Below are positions 47,569 through 57,712 of a stretch of 64,000 nt of DNA, piece after piece; the stretch's first letter is position 1, and each line of letters begins with the position of its first letter. The notes beneath the pieces are model-generated. The model was given only the letters and a program-made list of their open reading frames with translations. It was not told the origin of the DNA and searched no databases. Both the position numbers and the translations under genes were made by a program. Source of the stretch: Patescibacteria group bacterium (GTDB lineage: Bacteria > Patescibacteriota > UBA1384 > 2-12-FULL-50-11); contig BOKZ01000001.1 in assembly GCA_016861245.1 (NCBI GenBank), positions 188,347-252,346 on the forward strand, given 5' to 3'.

Positions 47569-48927
47569 ATGTCGAGTATTTTGTGGAAACAAGTTTTAGA
47601 CACCCTTGAGGCTACCACGAGCCGCCCGAACTTTATTACCTGGATTAAACCAACTGATCTACTTGAGTTAAAAAATAACTTGGCGCGCATCTCAATACCA
47701 AACCACTACGCTAAAAACTGGATCGAGAAGAACGCCACAAAACAACTTCTCTTGGCGCTACAGCAACACCACCCGGAGATCGAGAATATTGAGCTAGTTT
47801 TAGTAGAACCAGAGCCAAAAAAGGACTACGCCGAATTACCACTGCTTTCAAATCAAACAGAGGTGGAGCAATTTGAGACTGAAAACGTAGCTAAAAAAAA
47901 TGTGGAAGTACCTTCTTTCAACTCTCGGTATACATTTGAGAATTTTATTGTGGGCAATAACAATCGCCTCGCCTTCGCTGCCTCCCAAGCTGTGGCTGAG
48001 AAACTTGGTCAGGCGTATAACCCACTGTTTATCTACGGCGGTGTGGGGCTGGGTAAGACACATCTTATGCACGCCATCGGCAATAGGGTATTAGAGAGCT
48101 CCCCAAAAAAGAAAATCATCTACATTTCATGTGAGACTTTCACGGGAGAATTTATTAACGCCCTACAAACAAAGACCATCACCGAATTCAAGCGCAAGTA
48201 CCGGACCGCTGATGTGTTGTTAATCGACGATATTCAGTTTTTAGCCAACAAAGAGGGGACTCAAGAGGAGTTCTTTCACACATTTAATATCCTCCACCAA
48301 GCGAATCGTCAGATTGTCTTAACATCCGACCGCGTGCCAAAAGAAATGACTGAGCTAGAAGACCGCCTAATCTCAAGATTCGGTTGGGGAATGATAGCTG
48401 ATATCCAGTCGCCAAACTTCGAAACCCGTACTGCTATTTTGCAGTCGAAAGCGGAAGAAAAGGGCATTACTATTCCTCAGGAAGTATTAGAGTATATCGC
48501 TAATACTATCACTTCTAATGTCCGCGAACTTGAGGGGTCGTTAATTAAGCTTCATACCGCTTCGTTGGTTGAGGGTGAGGAGATTACAAAAGAGTTTGCC
48601 CAACGTGTTTTAAAAGACTTACTACAACAACCTAGTGGAGTGATTTCGAGTAAAAAGGTTTTGCGAGTTGTGGCTACGTATTTCAACTTAGAGGAGAGCG
48701 ATTTACTTGGTAATAAGAGAATTAAAGAGCTAGTCTACCCAAGACAGCTTATTATGTATTTTTTACGCGATAAACTCCGACAGTCGTTTCCACAAATTGG
48801 AGAAATATTAGGAGGAAAGGATCATACAACAATTATGTATGGGGTGACAAAGATTGAGAACCAAAAAAAGAAGGATCCTACTGTAGAAAAAGATATAAAA
48901 AATATACTAAACCTACTATATGAATAA
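47569..48927 (+). CDS. dnaA: Chromosomal replication initiator DnaA
   Basis: YTFENFIVG, YNPLFIYGGVGLGKTHL, LLIDDIQF, NVRELEG, GGKDHTT. Confidence 0.99.
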   Translation: MSSILWKQVLDTLEATTSRPNFITWIKPTDLLELKNNLARISIPNHYAKNWIEKNATKQLLLALQQHHPEIENIELVLVEPEPKKDYAELPLLSNQTEVEQFETENVAKKNVEVPSFNSRYTFENFIVGNNNRLAFAASQAVAEKLGQAYNPLFIYGGVGLGKTHLMHAIGNRVLESSPKKKIIYISCETFTGEFINALQTKTITEFKRKYRTADVLLIDDIQFLANKEGTQEEFFHTFNILHQANRQIVLTSDRVPKEMTELEDRLISRFGWGMIADIQSPNFETRTAILQSKAEEKGITIPQEVLEYIANTITSNVRELEGSLIKLHTASLVEGEEITKEFAQRVLKDLLQQPSGVISSKKVLRVVATYFNLEESDLLGNKRIKELVYPRQLIMYFLRDKLRQSFPQIGEILGGKDHTTIMYGVTKIENQKKKDPTVEKDIKNILNLLYE

Positions 48928-49168
48928 TTGTGGATAAGATGTTAGTAAATATTGCCGAAACCAAACAAACATGGGATAACTGTCTTGAGATAACTGGTTT
49001 AGATTTCTATTCACAGACATTTCACAACTTTTCCACAATAACACCAATGTTTTCCACACTCGACAACCAAATAACTCCACAAACCCACAACACTTATAAT
49101 AATTACTTAGTCTCTTAACTACTTAACTAAAGAAATAAAAATAAACTCTCTCTCACTAAGAAATTAAT
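48928..49168. other. Replication origin oriC (dnaA-dnaN intergenic)
   Basis: Perfect box TGTGGATAA 48929-48937, several degenerate (T)TTTCCACA/NNNCCACA boxes at about 49010-49090, then an AT-rich tract. Confidence 0.8.
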
Positions 49169-50251
49169 ATGAAATGTATTTGTGAAAAAGAAATTTTAAA
49201 AGAAGCAATTAATACCACGAGTCGATTAGTGAGTACTCGTTCAACCCTTCCAGTACTACAAGCGATCCTTATTACAACAGGGAAAAACAGCCTCATTCTA
49301 CGAACAACAGATCTTGAGCAAGCGCTGGAAGTGGAGATTCAATCCGAAATACAAGAAGGTGGTGCGGTCGCGGTTCCGGGTAAGATTATTACAGATTTTC
49401 TTCAGAATAATAACGACACTACCATTACTCTTGAGCTTGAAGACACTACTCTCGTAATTTCCTCTGCCAACCATAAAGCGAGGATTAAATCGTTCCCAGC
49501 CGAAGACTACCCAACCCCGCCGGTATTTACAGAAAAAACTTCCTTTAAACTACCGGCAAACTCACTTAAAAACGTTATTGAGCGCTGCGTTTTCGCCACA
49601 AGCCAAGACGATACTCGACCGATATTAACGGGGGTATTATTCCAGTTATCTAAAAATAAAATTACCGCCGTTGCAACAGACGGGTACCGATTAGCGATGC
49701 ATGAGTTGCCGCTCTCCCAAGAAGTTGAATCAGAATATATCTTTCCAAGAAGGGCGTTAGTTGAGTTGGCTAAACTTACTTCTGCTTCTGAGGTCACTTT
49801 TATTATTGGAGAAAACCAAGCTAGATTAGTAACGGGTAATACTGTATTAACAACACGTCTCCTAGATGGCGCTTTCCCGAACTATAAGGGGATATTACCT
49901 AAGAATCAGCGCGTTAAACTCCAACTTCGGTCGTCGGCTTTATTGCAAAATCTTCGGCTCGCCAGTATTTTTTCTCGGGACTCTGCCTATAGTACGAAAA
50001 TTGAGCTTCAAAAAGGAAGATTAATTATTAGCGCGGTTTCGGCCCAGGTAGGTGAAAGTAGTAACGAACTAACTATTAAGAGTACGGATGAGTTCTCTTT
50101 GTCTGTTAATGCACAGTATCTAATTGACGCACTCCAAGTAATTAATCAGGACATCACTCTTGGAGTAATCGATCAGAAGAGTCCAGTTGTTATTACGATT
50201 CCCGATGAGCCGTCGTATCTATATCTTGTGATGCCACTCAGGAATGAATAG
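49169..50251 (+). CDS. dnaN: DNA polymerase III beta sliding clamp
   Basis: TLPVL, TTDLE, TRPILTGV, VATDGYRL, FPNY, LVMPLR. Confidence 0.97.
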   Translation: MKCICEKEILKEAINTTSRLVSTRSTLPVLQAILITTGKNSLILRTTDLEQALEVEIQSEIQEGGAVAVPGKIITDFLQNNNDTTITLELEDTTLVISSANHKARIKSFPAEDYPTPPVFTEKTSFKLPANSLKNVIERCVFATSQDDTRPILTGVLFQLSKNKITAVATDGYRLAMHELPLSQEVESEYIFPRRALVELAKLTSASEVTFIIGENQARLVTGNTVLTTRLLDGAFPNYKGILPKNQRVKLQLRSSALLQNLRLASIFSRDSAYSTKIELQKGRLIISAVSAQVGESSNELTIKSTDEFSLSVNAQYLIDALQVINQDITLGVIDQKSPVVITIPDEPSYLYLVMPLRNE

Positions 50252-51286
50252 ATGCTCACAACCCTATCGGTTAAAGATTTTCGAAGTTACGATAGCGCCA
50301 CTTTTTCTATCAAACCGCTAGTTATTATTACGGGACGTAACGGATCGGGAAAAACCACTTTAATTGAGGCGATTAGGGTATTATCGGTTGGGAAAAGCTT
50401 CCGTTCGAACCGGCTTGATGAAGTAATCCGGTTTAACCAGCCGTATCTACAAGTGACGGCAAATTGGAACGACGCCGAGTTAGATTTTTTCTACGGCACC
50501 CAGTTCACAGAGAATCCGATCAAGGAAAGAAGACTCCAAGTTAATAAGAAAGAAGATCAATATATCGATTATATCGGCCGTTTCCCATCGGTATTGTTTA
50601 TTCCAGAGCACCTAGAAATTATTTTAGGAGCGCCGTCAGAGCGCCGAAGATATTTTGACAGCGTTCTCTGGCAAGTTGATCGAGAATTTAGGCAGGCTCA
50701 CCTCGATTTACAACGCGTCTTAAAAGAAAGATCGGCGCTGTTATTTTTAATTAAAACAAAACGAGCCAAGATAGATGAACTCGAGCCATGGAGCGAGTTA
50801 TTAAGAGAAAAAACCGCGATAGTGCGCTCTGGTAGACAAAGATTCTCTGAGTATATCTCGCAAAAAATGGGTACCGATCTTCTCTATAGAGAAGATCTAA
50901 CGGTTACGGTAGTTAGTAAACCTGCTTTCACAGAAACTGAAGACTTAATTTTTCAAGAAATTGAAAGTGCGCAAAATCTGTTTGGGGCACATCGCGATGA
51001 AATCGAGATAGTATTTCAAGATCGTCCGGCGAGAAAATTCGCTTCTCGAGGACAGTCTAGAACGATTATTGCGGCTATTAAAGTAATCGAGGCACAGTTC
51101 TTGAAAGAGAACACAAATATAAAGCCCGTAATCTTATTAGATGATATTCTGTCTGAGCTTGATCAAACCAATACTGAGTTCGTGTTAAATAATTTCTCCA
51201 AAGATTTTCAAGTAATTGCCACGAGCGTCGAGCAAAGTAAGGAATTTAGTAATTATGAGGTTGTTGCAGTACAAAATGACGCTTGA
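50252..51286 (+). CDS. recF: DNA replication and repair protein RecF
   Basis: DFRSY, GRNGSGKT, GAPSERRRYFD, GAHRD, ASRGQ, LLDDILSELD. Confidence 0.95.
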   Translation: MLTTLSVKDFRSYDSATFSIKPLVIITGRNGSGKTTLIEAIRVLSVGKSFRSNRLDEVIRFNQPYLQVTANWNDAELDFFYGTQFTENPIKERRLQVNKKEDQYIDYIGRFPSVLFIPEHLEIILGAPSERRRYFDSVLWQVDREFRQAHLDLQRVLKERSALLFLIKTKRAKIDELEPWSELLREKTAIVRSGRQRFSEYISQKMGTDLLYREDLTVTVVSKPAFTETEDLIFQEIESAQNLFGAHRDEIEIVFQDRPARKFASRGQSRTIIAAIKVIEAQFLKENTNIKPVILLDDILSELDQTNTEFVLNNFSKDFQVIATSVEQSKEFSNYEVVAVQNDA

Positions 51287-51575
51287 ACGACTAAGTAATT
51301 TTTTAGGAAACGACTACCAAAAGAATTACCTGCAAAAAATATATCTAGCTCAAAAACTGCAAGAGCAGATTCAAAAAATCGTACCTGGTGAGTGCACGGT
51401 GATAATTAAGAGCCAGACGCTCGTAATAGAAGGGACGTCGTCAGTGTATTTACAGGCGCTAAAACTTCACCAGCGGGCTATATACGCTCAAATTAAGCGC
51501 ATTACGCCCGAACTCTACCGGACAGAGCGTCCAAAGTTACAGCTCCGACTAAAGCGATCTAATTATTCGTCGTGA
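51276..51575 (+). CDS. Small protein after recF, possibly DUF721/DciA-like
   Basis: ATG 51276 overlaps the recF stop; position and TLVIEGTSSVYLQALKL pattern fit DciA. Confidence 0.5.
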   Translation: MTLERLSNFLGNDYQKNYLQKIYLAQKLQEQIQKIVPGECTVIIKSQTLVIEGTSSVYLQALKLHQRAIYAQIKRITPELYRTERPKLQLRLKRSNYSS

Positions 51576-52161
51576 AATCAATAATAGTTGCTGGTATGGA
51601 ACTCGGGACTCCTCGCTCCTTTAACCAGTTCTTGGCGGCAGCCGCGACTATATCTCGCTCTTCTATATAGCTTTTTCCGTCTTTCGGGGTGGTAAAGCGA
51701 TGTTTCACTGAAACAGTAATCGCAGTAATTGACTCGTTATTATGGGTAGCTGAGATCAAGTAATCGATTGTTTCGTGCGGAAACAGCTCTAAATAGGGAA
51801 CTTTTTTAGAAGGGTCTCCTTGGTAGAGTTTAATAAAATCGTCTCCTGAGACCGGACGGAAGTAGAGCAATAACTTATTATCTTTCCCTCTTTCAACACT
51901 GTAGCTCACCGAAACAGGGGCTGAGCCGTTGCCCCAAGCTGTTACCGAGTAGCTTCCCGGTCTCACCCTAGTGCTATACGGTAACGAGCGACTATTTTTA
52001 TGAGAGTCTTTGCTAGTAGTTGCTACTAAACCGGTTTTTATTTGGCTACTTGGGTCTATGCCAATACTAAACGGTACTGTCCGGCTGTACCAAGTAATAA
52101 GCCAAACAAGTAGCCCAAGTGTCGCGATGCCCAAGACAATAATCACTTTTTTACTAATCAT
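51559..52161 (-). CDS. Membrane-anchored hypothetical protein (PEGA/Ig-like N-domain), last gene of the T4SS-like operon
   Basis: Start ATG 52161 overlaps the upstream stop; N-terminal TM; VRPGSYSVTA. Confidence 0.6.
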   Translation of the reverse strand: MISKKVIIVLGIATLGLLVWLITWYSRTVPFSIGIDPSSQIKTGLVATTSKDSHKNSRSLPYSTRVRPGSYSVTAWGNGSAPVSVSYSVERGKDNKLLLYFRPVSGDDFIKLYQGDPSKKVPYLELFPHETIDYLISATHNNESITAITVSVKHRFTTPKDGKSYIEERDIVAAAAKNWLKERGVPSSIPATIIDFTTNN

Positions 52162-53423
52162 GGGTAGTTTACCTCCGTAGCGGCTGGCGGCTGTAAGCAA
52201 GGAATATGGCGCAAGAATTCGTACGGGTAATACCACGCGTCCCAATTGTACGTACCGCCGAGCGTTGGCCTATTATCGAGTCGTTTTGAGATACCAACAT
52301 GAAGGTGGTGAGCCTGCTCGCCGTTCGAGTTGCGTACGTAAACACCAACTTCCGCCAACTTATCACCCTTCTTTACCTGTTGTCCCTCTCTGACCGACGG
52401 CCGTTGCAAGTGGGTGTAGTACCAAAAGATATTATTTGTTTCTCTCACAGTTACTGACGTTGAGCTCTCCCCGTCACCGTCGTTATCGACCGAGACTTTT
52501 ACAACTTCGCCATCGCTGGCGCTAAAGACTCTAGTTCCAACAGGAGCCATTAAGTCGTAACCTTCGTGGCCGGCGTAGGTACCAGTTTTATAGGTACGCT
52601 TGCTAATTACATCACCCCAACCGCCGCGACCAGCGTTTCGGGCAGCCGATTCTTCCGCTACACAGGCATAATTACCCGTAGCCACACCAGCACCACCAGA
52701 AGACTCGCACTGTACCTGATTTTCGACTAACAACCTCACAATATTTAGCCTTTTGTAGTAAGGGTTGCCGTAAGAAGGATGTTTATACGACTCCTCCCAC
52801 CGTTTGCCGCTCTCGTCGTACTGCGTCCTCATAGCTGTAGCATAATTGTAAAACAGTCGAGTATTAATATTAGTTCCAGCTGGGCTGGCGTACATATCTT
52901 CGCCCTGCATCGCCCTTCGAACAGTTTTGTAAACACCCTCTAACTGCTTTTGCCAGCGCTCTTCAGTTGAGCCGCTCAAAACATCAGAACTAGCACCGCT
53001 GTCGTAATGCTTATAGCCAAAGGCTTTTTCTGGGTGCTTGAACTCCTGCTCACCCCACCAAATAGCGATTACGATAGCGGGGTTAATCCCCTCACTCTTA
53101 CCGCGCTCTAATATACTATTAATGTAATAGTCAAACTCTTTTGCGTCCGGCGTTTCCGAACGCATTTTGTTAATCTGGCTTAATCTGTAAGAATCTTTTT
53201 TTAAGATGGCGATCACTTCGCTAGGGTTAGCGCTAATCGAGGTGTCGCTAAAAGCGCTATCGGTTAGGAAACAACCATTACCCCCGAATGAGCCAGTCGG
53301 CTTATCAATCTTTGGTCCCAAGAATGTTGCTAAGAGGATAAACGGCATAATACTACCGACGATCAAGAGAATTGCGGCAAGCGCTACTATAACAATAACA
53401 ACGGCGTTGCCCCGGCGTTGCAT
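52158..53423 (-). CDS. Membrane-anchored M23 metallopeptidase with a central lysozyme-like domain
   Basis: HEGYD, APVGTRVFSASDG, YTHL, HLH; GINPAIVIAIWWGEQ; start ATG 53423. Confidence 0.85.
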   Translation of the reverse strand: MQRRGNAVVIVIVALAAILLIVGSIMPFILLATFLGPKIDKPTGSFGGNGCFLTDSAFSDTSISANPSEVIAILKKDSYRLSQINKMRSETPDAKEFDYYINSILERGKSEGINPAIVIAIWWGEQEFKHPEKAFGYKHYDSGASSDVLSGSTEERWQKQLEGVYKTVRRAMQGEDMYASPAGTNINTRLFYNYATAMRTQYDESGKRWEESYKHPSYGNPYYKRLNIVRLLVENQVQCESSGGAGVATGNYACVAEESAARNAGRGGWGDVISKRTYKTGTYAGHEGYDLMAPVGTRVFSASDGEVVKVSVDNDGDGESSTSVTVRETNNIFWYYTHLQRPSVREGQQVKKGDKLAEVGVYVRNSNGEQAHHLHVGISKRLDNRPTLGGTYNWDAWYYPYEFLRHIPCLQPPAATEVNYP

Positions 53424-56400
53424 TAGAAGAATCCCCCGAATGCGGCGTGAACCCAATCGGTGGTTTTTGTTGAACGCTGAGTGAAGCCAAGGCCGACGCG
53501 CGGGTTATTAGCTTCGCCTGGGCCAAAAACCTCAAGTGAGCGCGGGTAGAAGTACTCCGCGTTAGCTTGCCGGAAGGTAATAACCTGTACTGGCTTATTC
53601 GCACCTTGCTGTGATGCGCCGTAGTCCATGGTGGCTTCCAGAAGCTTCCCAGTAAAGTAGCGAGACCATGCCATCCAAAGTTTCGGGTCGTTCCCGTCTT
53701 TAAACGGTACGCCGTCGTCCCAGTCAAACGGATTCTCGCCCTCAGCCGGCGTGTCTTTAACCGGTTTATTTGGGTCGTTGTAGTAATCGCCGTAGTTGTA
53801 TTCCAGTTTGTCGTAATCTGGATCAAACTGGGCGTTAGCAAATCGATCTGGCGGCGGAATTGGGCAGAGATAGTCAACGCGGTACGTACCGAATAGGTAT
53901 ATCCCAGCAGCGATAATTAACCCTGCTGGTCCGAGTCCGGCTGCCATCGCGATCGCGCCGGCCACAGCGGCGTTTGTAAACCCAGGTGGCGCCTGGATGG
54001 CCTGGTCGATCGAGGCAAAGAACGCCTGGCAGGCTTCACATGCGTTTAAGGCGATGGTGATTGCCAGAACAGTCAGGTTTGCTTGCGCTTTTGCTAGGCT
54101 GGTCCGAGCGCTGTTAACCAGTGCGTCGCCGGTGCCCGTTAAGCCGGTCAGTGCTTGGACGGTTACGTTAATACCCTGAGCTGCGGCGTGAGCAGCGGTG
54201 AGCGCTCTTGAAGCGGTAATAATACCGTTAATTGCTTGATAAAGTTGGTAAACCGAACCAGCTGGTAGTCCGAGCGCTTTATCGGCCCATTGCGTAACTT
54301 TCCCGATAACAAAATCTCTTCCTAAGTCCGTAAGAGACGGGACGACGACGCGGCCGTCAATCACCAGACCCTTATTAAAGTCGAACCCATTTTGAGAGGC
54401 GTAGTAGATAGATTTAACAAATCCGCTCGGCAGTTCTTGGATCCCAAGGGTGTTAGAGAACCAGGAGTCTAGATAGTTCCACATCCCCTGATACTCGCTA
54501 GCAGTAAAGAAGTTGTCTCGGTTACTGTTTCTTACGAATTGGTAGAAAGTCTTTACGAAGTCACTCGTGAACGGACCGAGGCCGATATCAAGCCGGCTAA
54601 TGAAGGCCCCAACTATTCCGTCAACCTCACGTGAAGTTAACTCGCCTTTATATAACTTCTCGAGCATACCTATTTGGTAGCCTGGCACGAGCGCCGCTAA
54701 TTCTGGATCAAGGTAGGCAAAGACAGCGCTTGTTAGCATTGCCGCCCGCTCTTTATCTGAGCCGCTGAACATAACTCTTGAGAAATCAACGGGTACAAGA
54801 ATGCCGGCTTGACGGAGGAACGCGTCAGAGATTTTATATTTTGTGTTATCGCGTGCGGTTTGGGTTAATTCTTTTCGAGCGCTGTCCTGGTAGAGTTTTC
54901 GGGTCGATTCGGAAAGTTGCATAAACTCGTTAACTTCCATATTTGATCCAGTTTGCTCGTTGAAGAGCGCAACCGCCGCGGCGTTAATCGCATCGCTGTC
55001 GGCAAAGTTAAGTGCGCTTCGGAGCTCTTCGTACGAGAGCTTGCCCTCTTCTGGTAGATATTTATTAGCGAACTCGCTCCACATCGCCGAAGACCAGTGC
55101 TCTAAAGCTTGACGGTAATCACCGTCGATAAAGTTCTCGATGTCGTTGACGTACTCTATTGGAATTCCGGTCGCTTTTGCTAACTTCGCGATCAAACTTC
55201 GTTTCTCGAAATCATTTAAATCGCCGCTAAACGCCCGCGTGATCTGGTTGGCTAATGTCTTTAGCGCGTCTTCGTCGAAGCCGTCGAGTTTAAGCCCGAG
55301 CGCGCCGGCGAGCTGCTTTATCCCTTCGGCAATCAACAACTTAGTGCCGGTTTGTGTATCGCCGAGCGCAAACGCTAAGAACGTATCTCTAGTGAAATTA
55401 GCTTGTCGATCGAGAAACCGTCCCACGAGCGTCACACTGAAATTTAAGGCTTTCGCCCTATCTTCCAGGGGTGCGTTCTCCCAGTTACGAATTGTATCAA
55501 GCAGGAACTGCGCTTCCTGAGTTTTGATTCTAAGTGTTTCGTCAAGGTCGAAATAGTTCCAAATTTGGTCAACACCGATATTAATAAGATTCTCACCACC
55601 GGCTTTTTTAATTAGACTCTTAGTGTCGATCGCGCCGTTCACGAACTGCTCGGTCGTACCGATCGGGACACCAAGAATTAAGTCGGTGTACTCCCATTCT
55701 TCGTAATCGCTGCCAAAATACCGCTCCAGATCGTTACCAGAAAAACTGCCGGCGCTTGGCCGATCTTTCAGATAACCAGCAGGTAGCCCAAGGCGCTGCT
55801 CAACAATCGCTTGCCCGTAGTTTCCTTGAAGATCTCCTGTTAGCGGGATAGTGGTGCCCCGGTCTAAACCAAGTAGACTTGTGATCGAGTTGCCAAACAC
55901 CTCTTGCAGCGCGATTTCTAACTTCTTCTCACCCTTAATCACTTGGTAACCGGTACCTATGTTCCAGCCGATAATATTATCAGCTTGGGCGCCGCCGACT
56001 TTTTGCAAGACGCTTAAGCCATCACCCCTAACAACGGCTTGGACATCTTGCGCCGAAAGCTGGTTCTGTGGGTCGAGTTCAAGCTCCTTATTAATAAAGT
56101 TCGTTAGAACGCCGATTGACTTTGAGTTAAACTTGCCTCGAGTTAGATCGCGGGCGCTCGAAAAATCCAATCCTGTTTGTTCGGCGATAACGCTGGCGGC
56201 GATGTTATCCTTCAAATACCCAAGAGTTATCTCCTTGCCGGCTAGCAGGTCACGTACTACGCCGTTACCGATTGCCCGGTACTGACCCGGTATTCCTTTA
56301 ACAGCTGCTTCTCTGAGAAAGTTGTAGCCGTAGTCGCGTAGTTCTGTTAGTGCCGCCTGCTGTTTAGCTTTATCTTCAGCGAAAAGTTTAGCCAAAGAGG

Positions 56401-57712
56401 CGATCGGAACACTCCGATCGATCGGGGCGTTTTCGAGGGTGATAGGCGGCGTAGTTCTGGCTCTAGTTGCAGATTCTAACGCTTGGCGCTGTTGATCAGT
56501 TAGCCGAAAAGCGTCAGCTAAAACGTTGACGCCGGCCCAAATTAGCCCCTCTGTATCGTTTCGCTGGATTTTATCGATCGTACCGGTTATCACTCCGAAA
56601 GCCGCGTCTTTTTTCTCGAGAGCGCTAAAGACGCCTTTAACCGTTTCGATCTTGTTCATATCTTCGAGTGAGTGGGTGTCTAGAAAGAGCGTCGGTAGTC
56701 CGGTAGCGTTTTCGACTGTACGCTTACCGGCACTTTCCAGTATCTGTCGCCACCCACTTCCTCGGAGTGTTCCGGGCGGAACGCCGAGTAGCATCTCGAT
56801 ATTAGCGCGGGCGATCGCGATGCGAGTGTCTTGGTCGTTGTCAGCGATCGAGAAGCCTTCGGGTAGCCCAGGAATAATTTTGTGTAAATAGCTAGCACCG
56901 ATTGAGCGTATAAGTGAATCTGCTAACGGGTCGCTTGTAATCGAGCCACCGCCAAACTCCTTGAGTAGAATATTAGCGCCGACGTACAGTAAAACATCTT
57001 CCAACCGCAAGCCCTTACCGAACTCAGCGAGAAAATCCATCTCGCCAGATTCGTTTAACATCTGCATAATTCCGTCGGTACCGAGCGTACCGGCGATCTC
57101 AGTTAAGCTTGGTCCACGTGGCGTCGGGTTTCGAGCGATACCGTCACGGCTCTGCCAAGCCACTTTTATTGGCTTAGCGCGCTGAAAACGAGTTTTGTTA
57201 CCACCGAGATGCCGTCGCTCAACGAGTTTGCAGGTTATCTTACCGACTTCAGAGATATCGACCGCCTGGCCAGTGCTGTGCGCCGAGACAATTCCGACAT
57301 CTTCTTCGATCGCGTCGAGCGATTCTCGATCGTACTTACCACGTCCGTCGGTATCGTAATTTTTGAGTATCCGTTGGGCCTTAATGTACGGTAGCCCGGC
57401 ACCGCCGAACTCCTTTGGCTTAACGAGATAAATCAAGTAGTCGGTAACCCGAACGTCAACTCGACCCTCCTCGATCGCCGCTCGATCTTGTGGCGAGAGC
57501 TGAATCTTGTCTTCCGTATCGAAGATCCACTCAAGATCGAGAACTGAGTCGGCGTCGGCGGTAACCCCGGTTGGGGCGACGTCTTCTAGTGAGTCAAGTT
57601 CCTCTTCGCTTGGTTGCGCTTGTGCTAGTGCCGTGCTTGTAACAAGAATCGGCTGGAACCCAAGCGTTAAAGTAAGAATAGCGCCAATTAATAGTTTATA
57701 AGCCCCTACCAT
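53423..57712 (-). CDS. 1429-aa secreted protein; putative split LAS/M15 zinc peptidase with a long helical repeat insert
   Basis: Signal peptide; SAHSTGQAVD (H145, D152); C-terminal DWVHAAF (H1422); repeated LGLPxG motifs. Confidence 0.6.
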   Translation of the reverse strand: MVGAYKLLIGAILTLTLGFQPILVTSTALAQAQPSEEELDSLEDVAPTGVTADADSVLDLEWIFDTEDKIQLSPQDRAAIEEGRVDVRVTDYLIYLVKPKEFGGAGLPYIKAQRILKNYDTDGRGKYDRESLDAIEEDVGIVSAHSTGQAVDISEVGKITCKLVERRHLGGNKTRFQRAKPIKVAWQSRDGIARNPTPRGPSLTEIAGTLGTDGIMQMLNESGEMDFLAEFGKGLRLEDVLLYVGANILLKEFGGGSITSDPLADSLIRSIGASYLHKIIPGLPEGFSIADNDQDTRIAIARANIEMLLGVPPGTLRGSGWRQILESAGKRTVENATGLPTLFLDTHSLEDMNKIETVKGVFSALEKKDAAFGVITGTIDKIQRNDTEGLIWAGVNVLADAFRLTDQQRQALESATRARTTPPITLENAPIDRSVPIASLAKLFAEDKAKQQAALTELRDYGYNFLREAAVKGIPGQYRAIGNGVVRDLLAGKEITLGYLKDNIAASVIAEQTGLDFSSARDLTRGKFNSKSIGVLTNFINKELELDPQNQLSAQDVQAVVRGDGLSVLQKVGGAQADNIIGWNIGTGYQVIKGEKKLEIALQEVFGNSITSLLGLDRGTTIPLTGDLQGNYGQAIVEQRLGLPAGYLKDRPSAGSFSGNDLERYFGSDYEEWEYTDLILGVPIGTTEQFVNGAIDTKSLIKKAGGENLINIGVDQIWNYFDLDETLRIKTQEAQFLLDTIRNWENAPLEDRAKALNFSVTLVGRFLDRQANFTRDTFLAFALGDTQTGTKLLIAEGIKQLAGALGLKLDGFDEDALKTLANQITRAFSGDLNDFEKRSLIAKLAKATGIPIEYVNDIENFIDGDYRQALEHWSSAMWSEFANKYLPEEGKLSYEELRSALNFADSDAINAAAVALFNEQTGSNMEVNEFMQLSESTRKLYQDSARKELTQTARDNTKYKISDAFLRQAGILVPVDFSRVMFSGSDKERAAMLTSAVFAYLDPELAALVPGYQIGMLEKLYKGELTSREVDGIVGAFISRLDIGLGPFTSDFVKTFYQFVRNSNRDNFFTASEYQGMWNYLDSWFSNTLGIQELPSGFVKSIYYASQNGFDFNKGLVIDGRVVVPSLTDLGRDFVIGKVTQWADKALGLPAGSVYQLYQAINGIITASRALTAAHAAAQGINVTVQALTGLTGTGDALVNSARTSLAKAQANLTVLAITIALNACEACQAFFASIDQAIQAPPGFTNAAVAGAIAMAAGLGPAGLIIAAGIYLFGTYRVDYLCPIPPPDRFANAQFDPDYDKLEYNYGDYYNDPNKPVKDTPAEGENPFDWDDGVPFKDGNDPKLWMAWSRYFTGKLLEATMDYGASQQGANKPVQVITFRQANAEYFYPRSLEVFGPGEANNPRVGLGFTQRSTKTTDWVHAAFGGFF

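Noticed and set aside
48930-49118. 62-aa ORF between dnaA and dnaN
   Set aside because: Coincides with the DnaA box cluster of oriC
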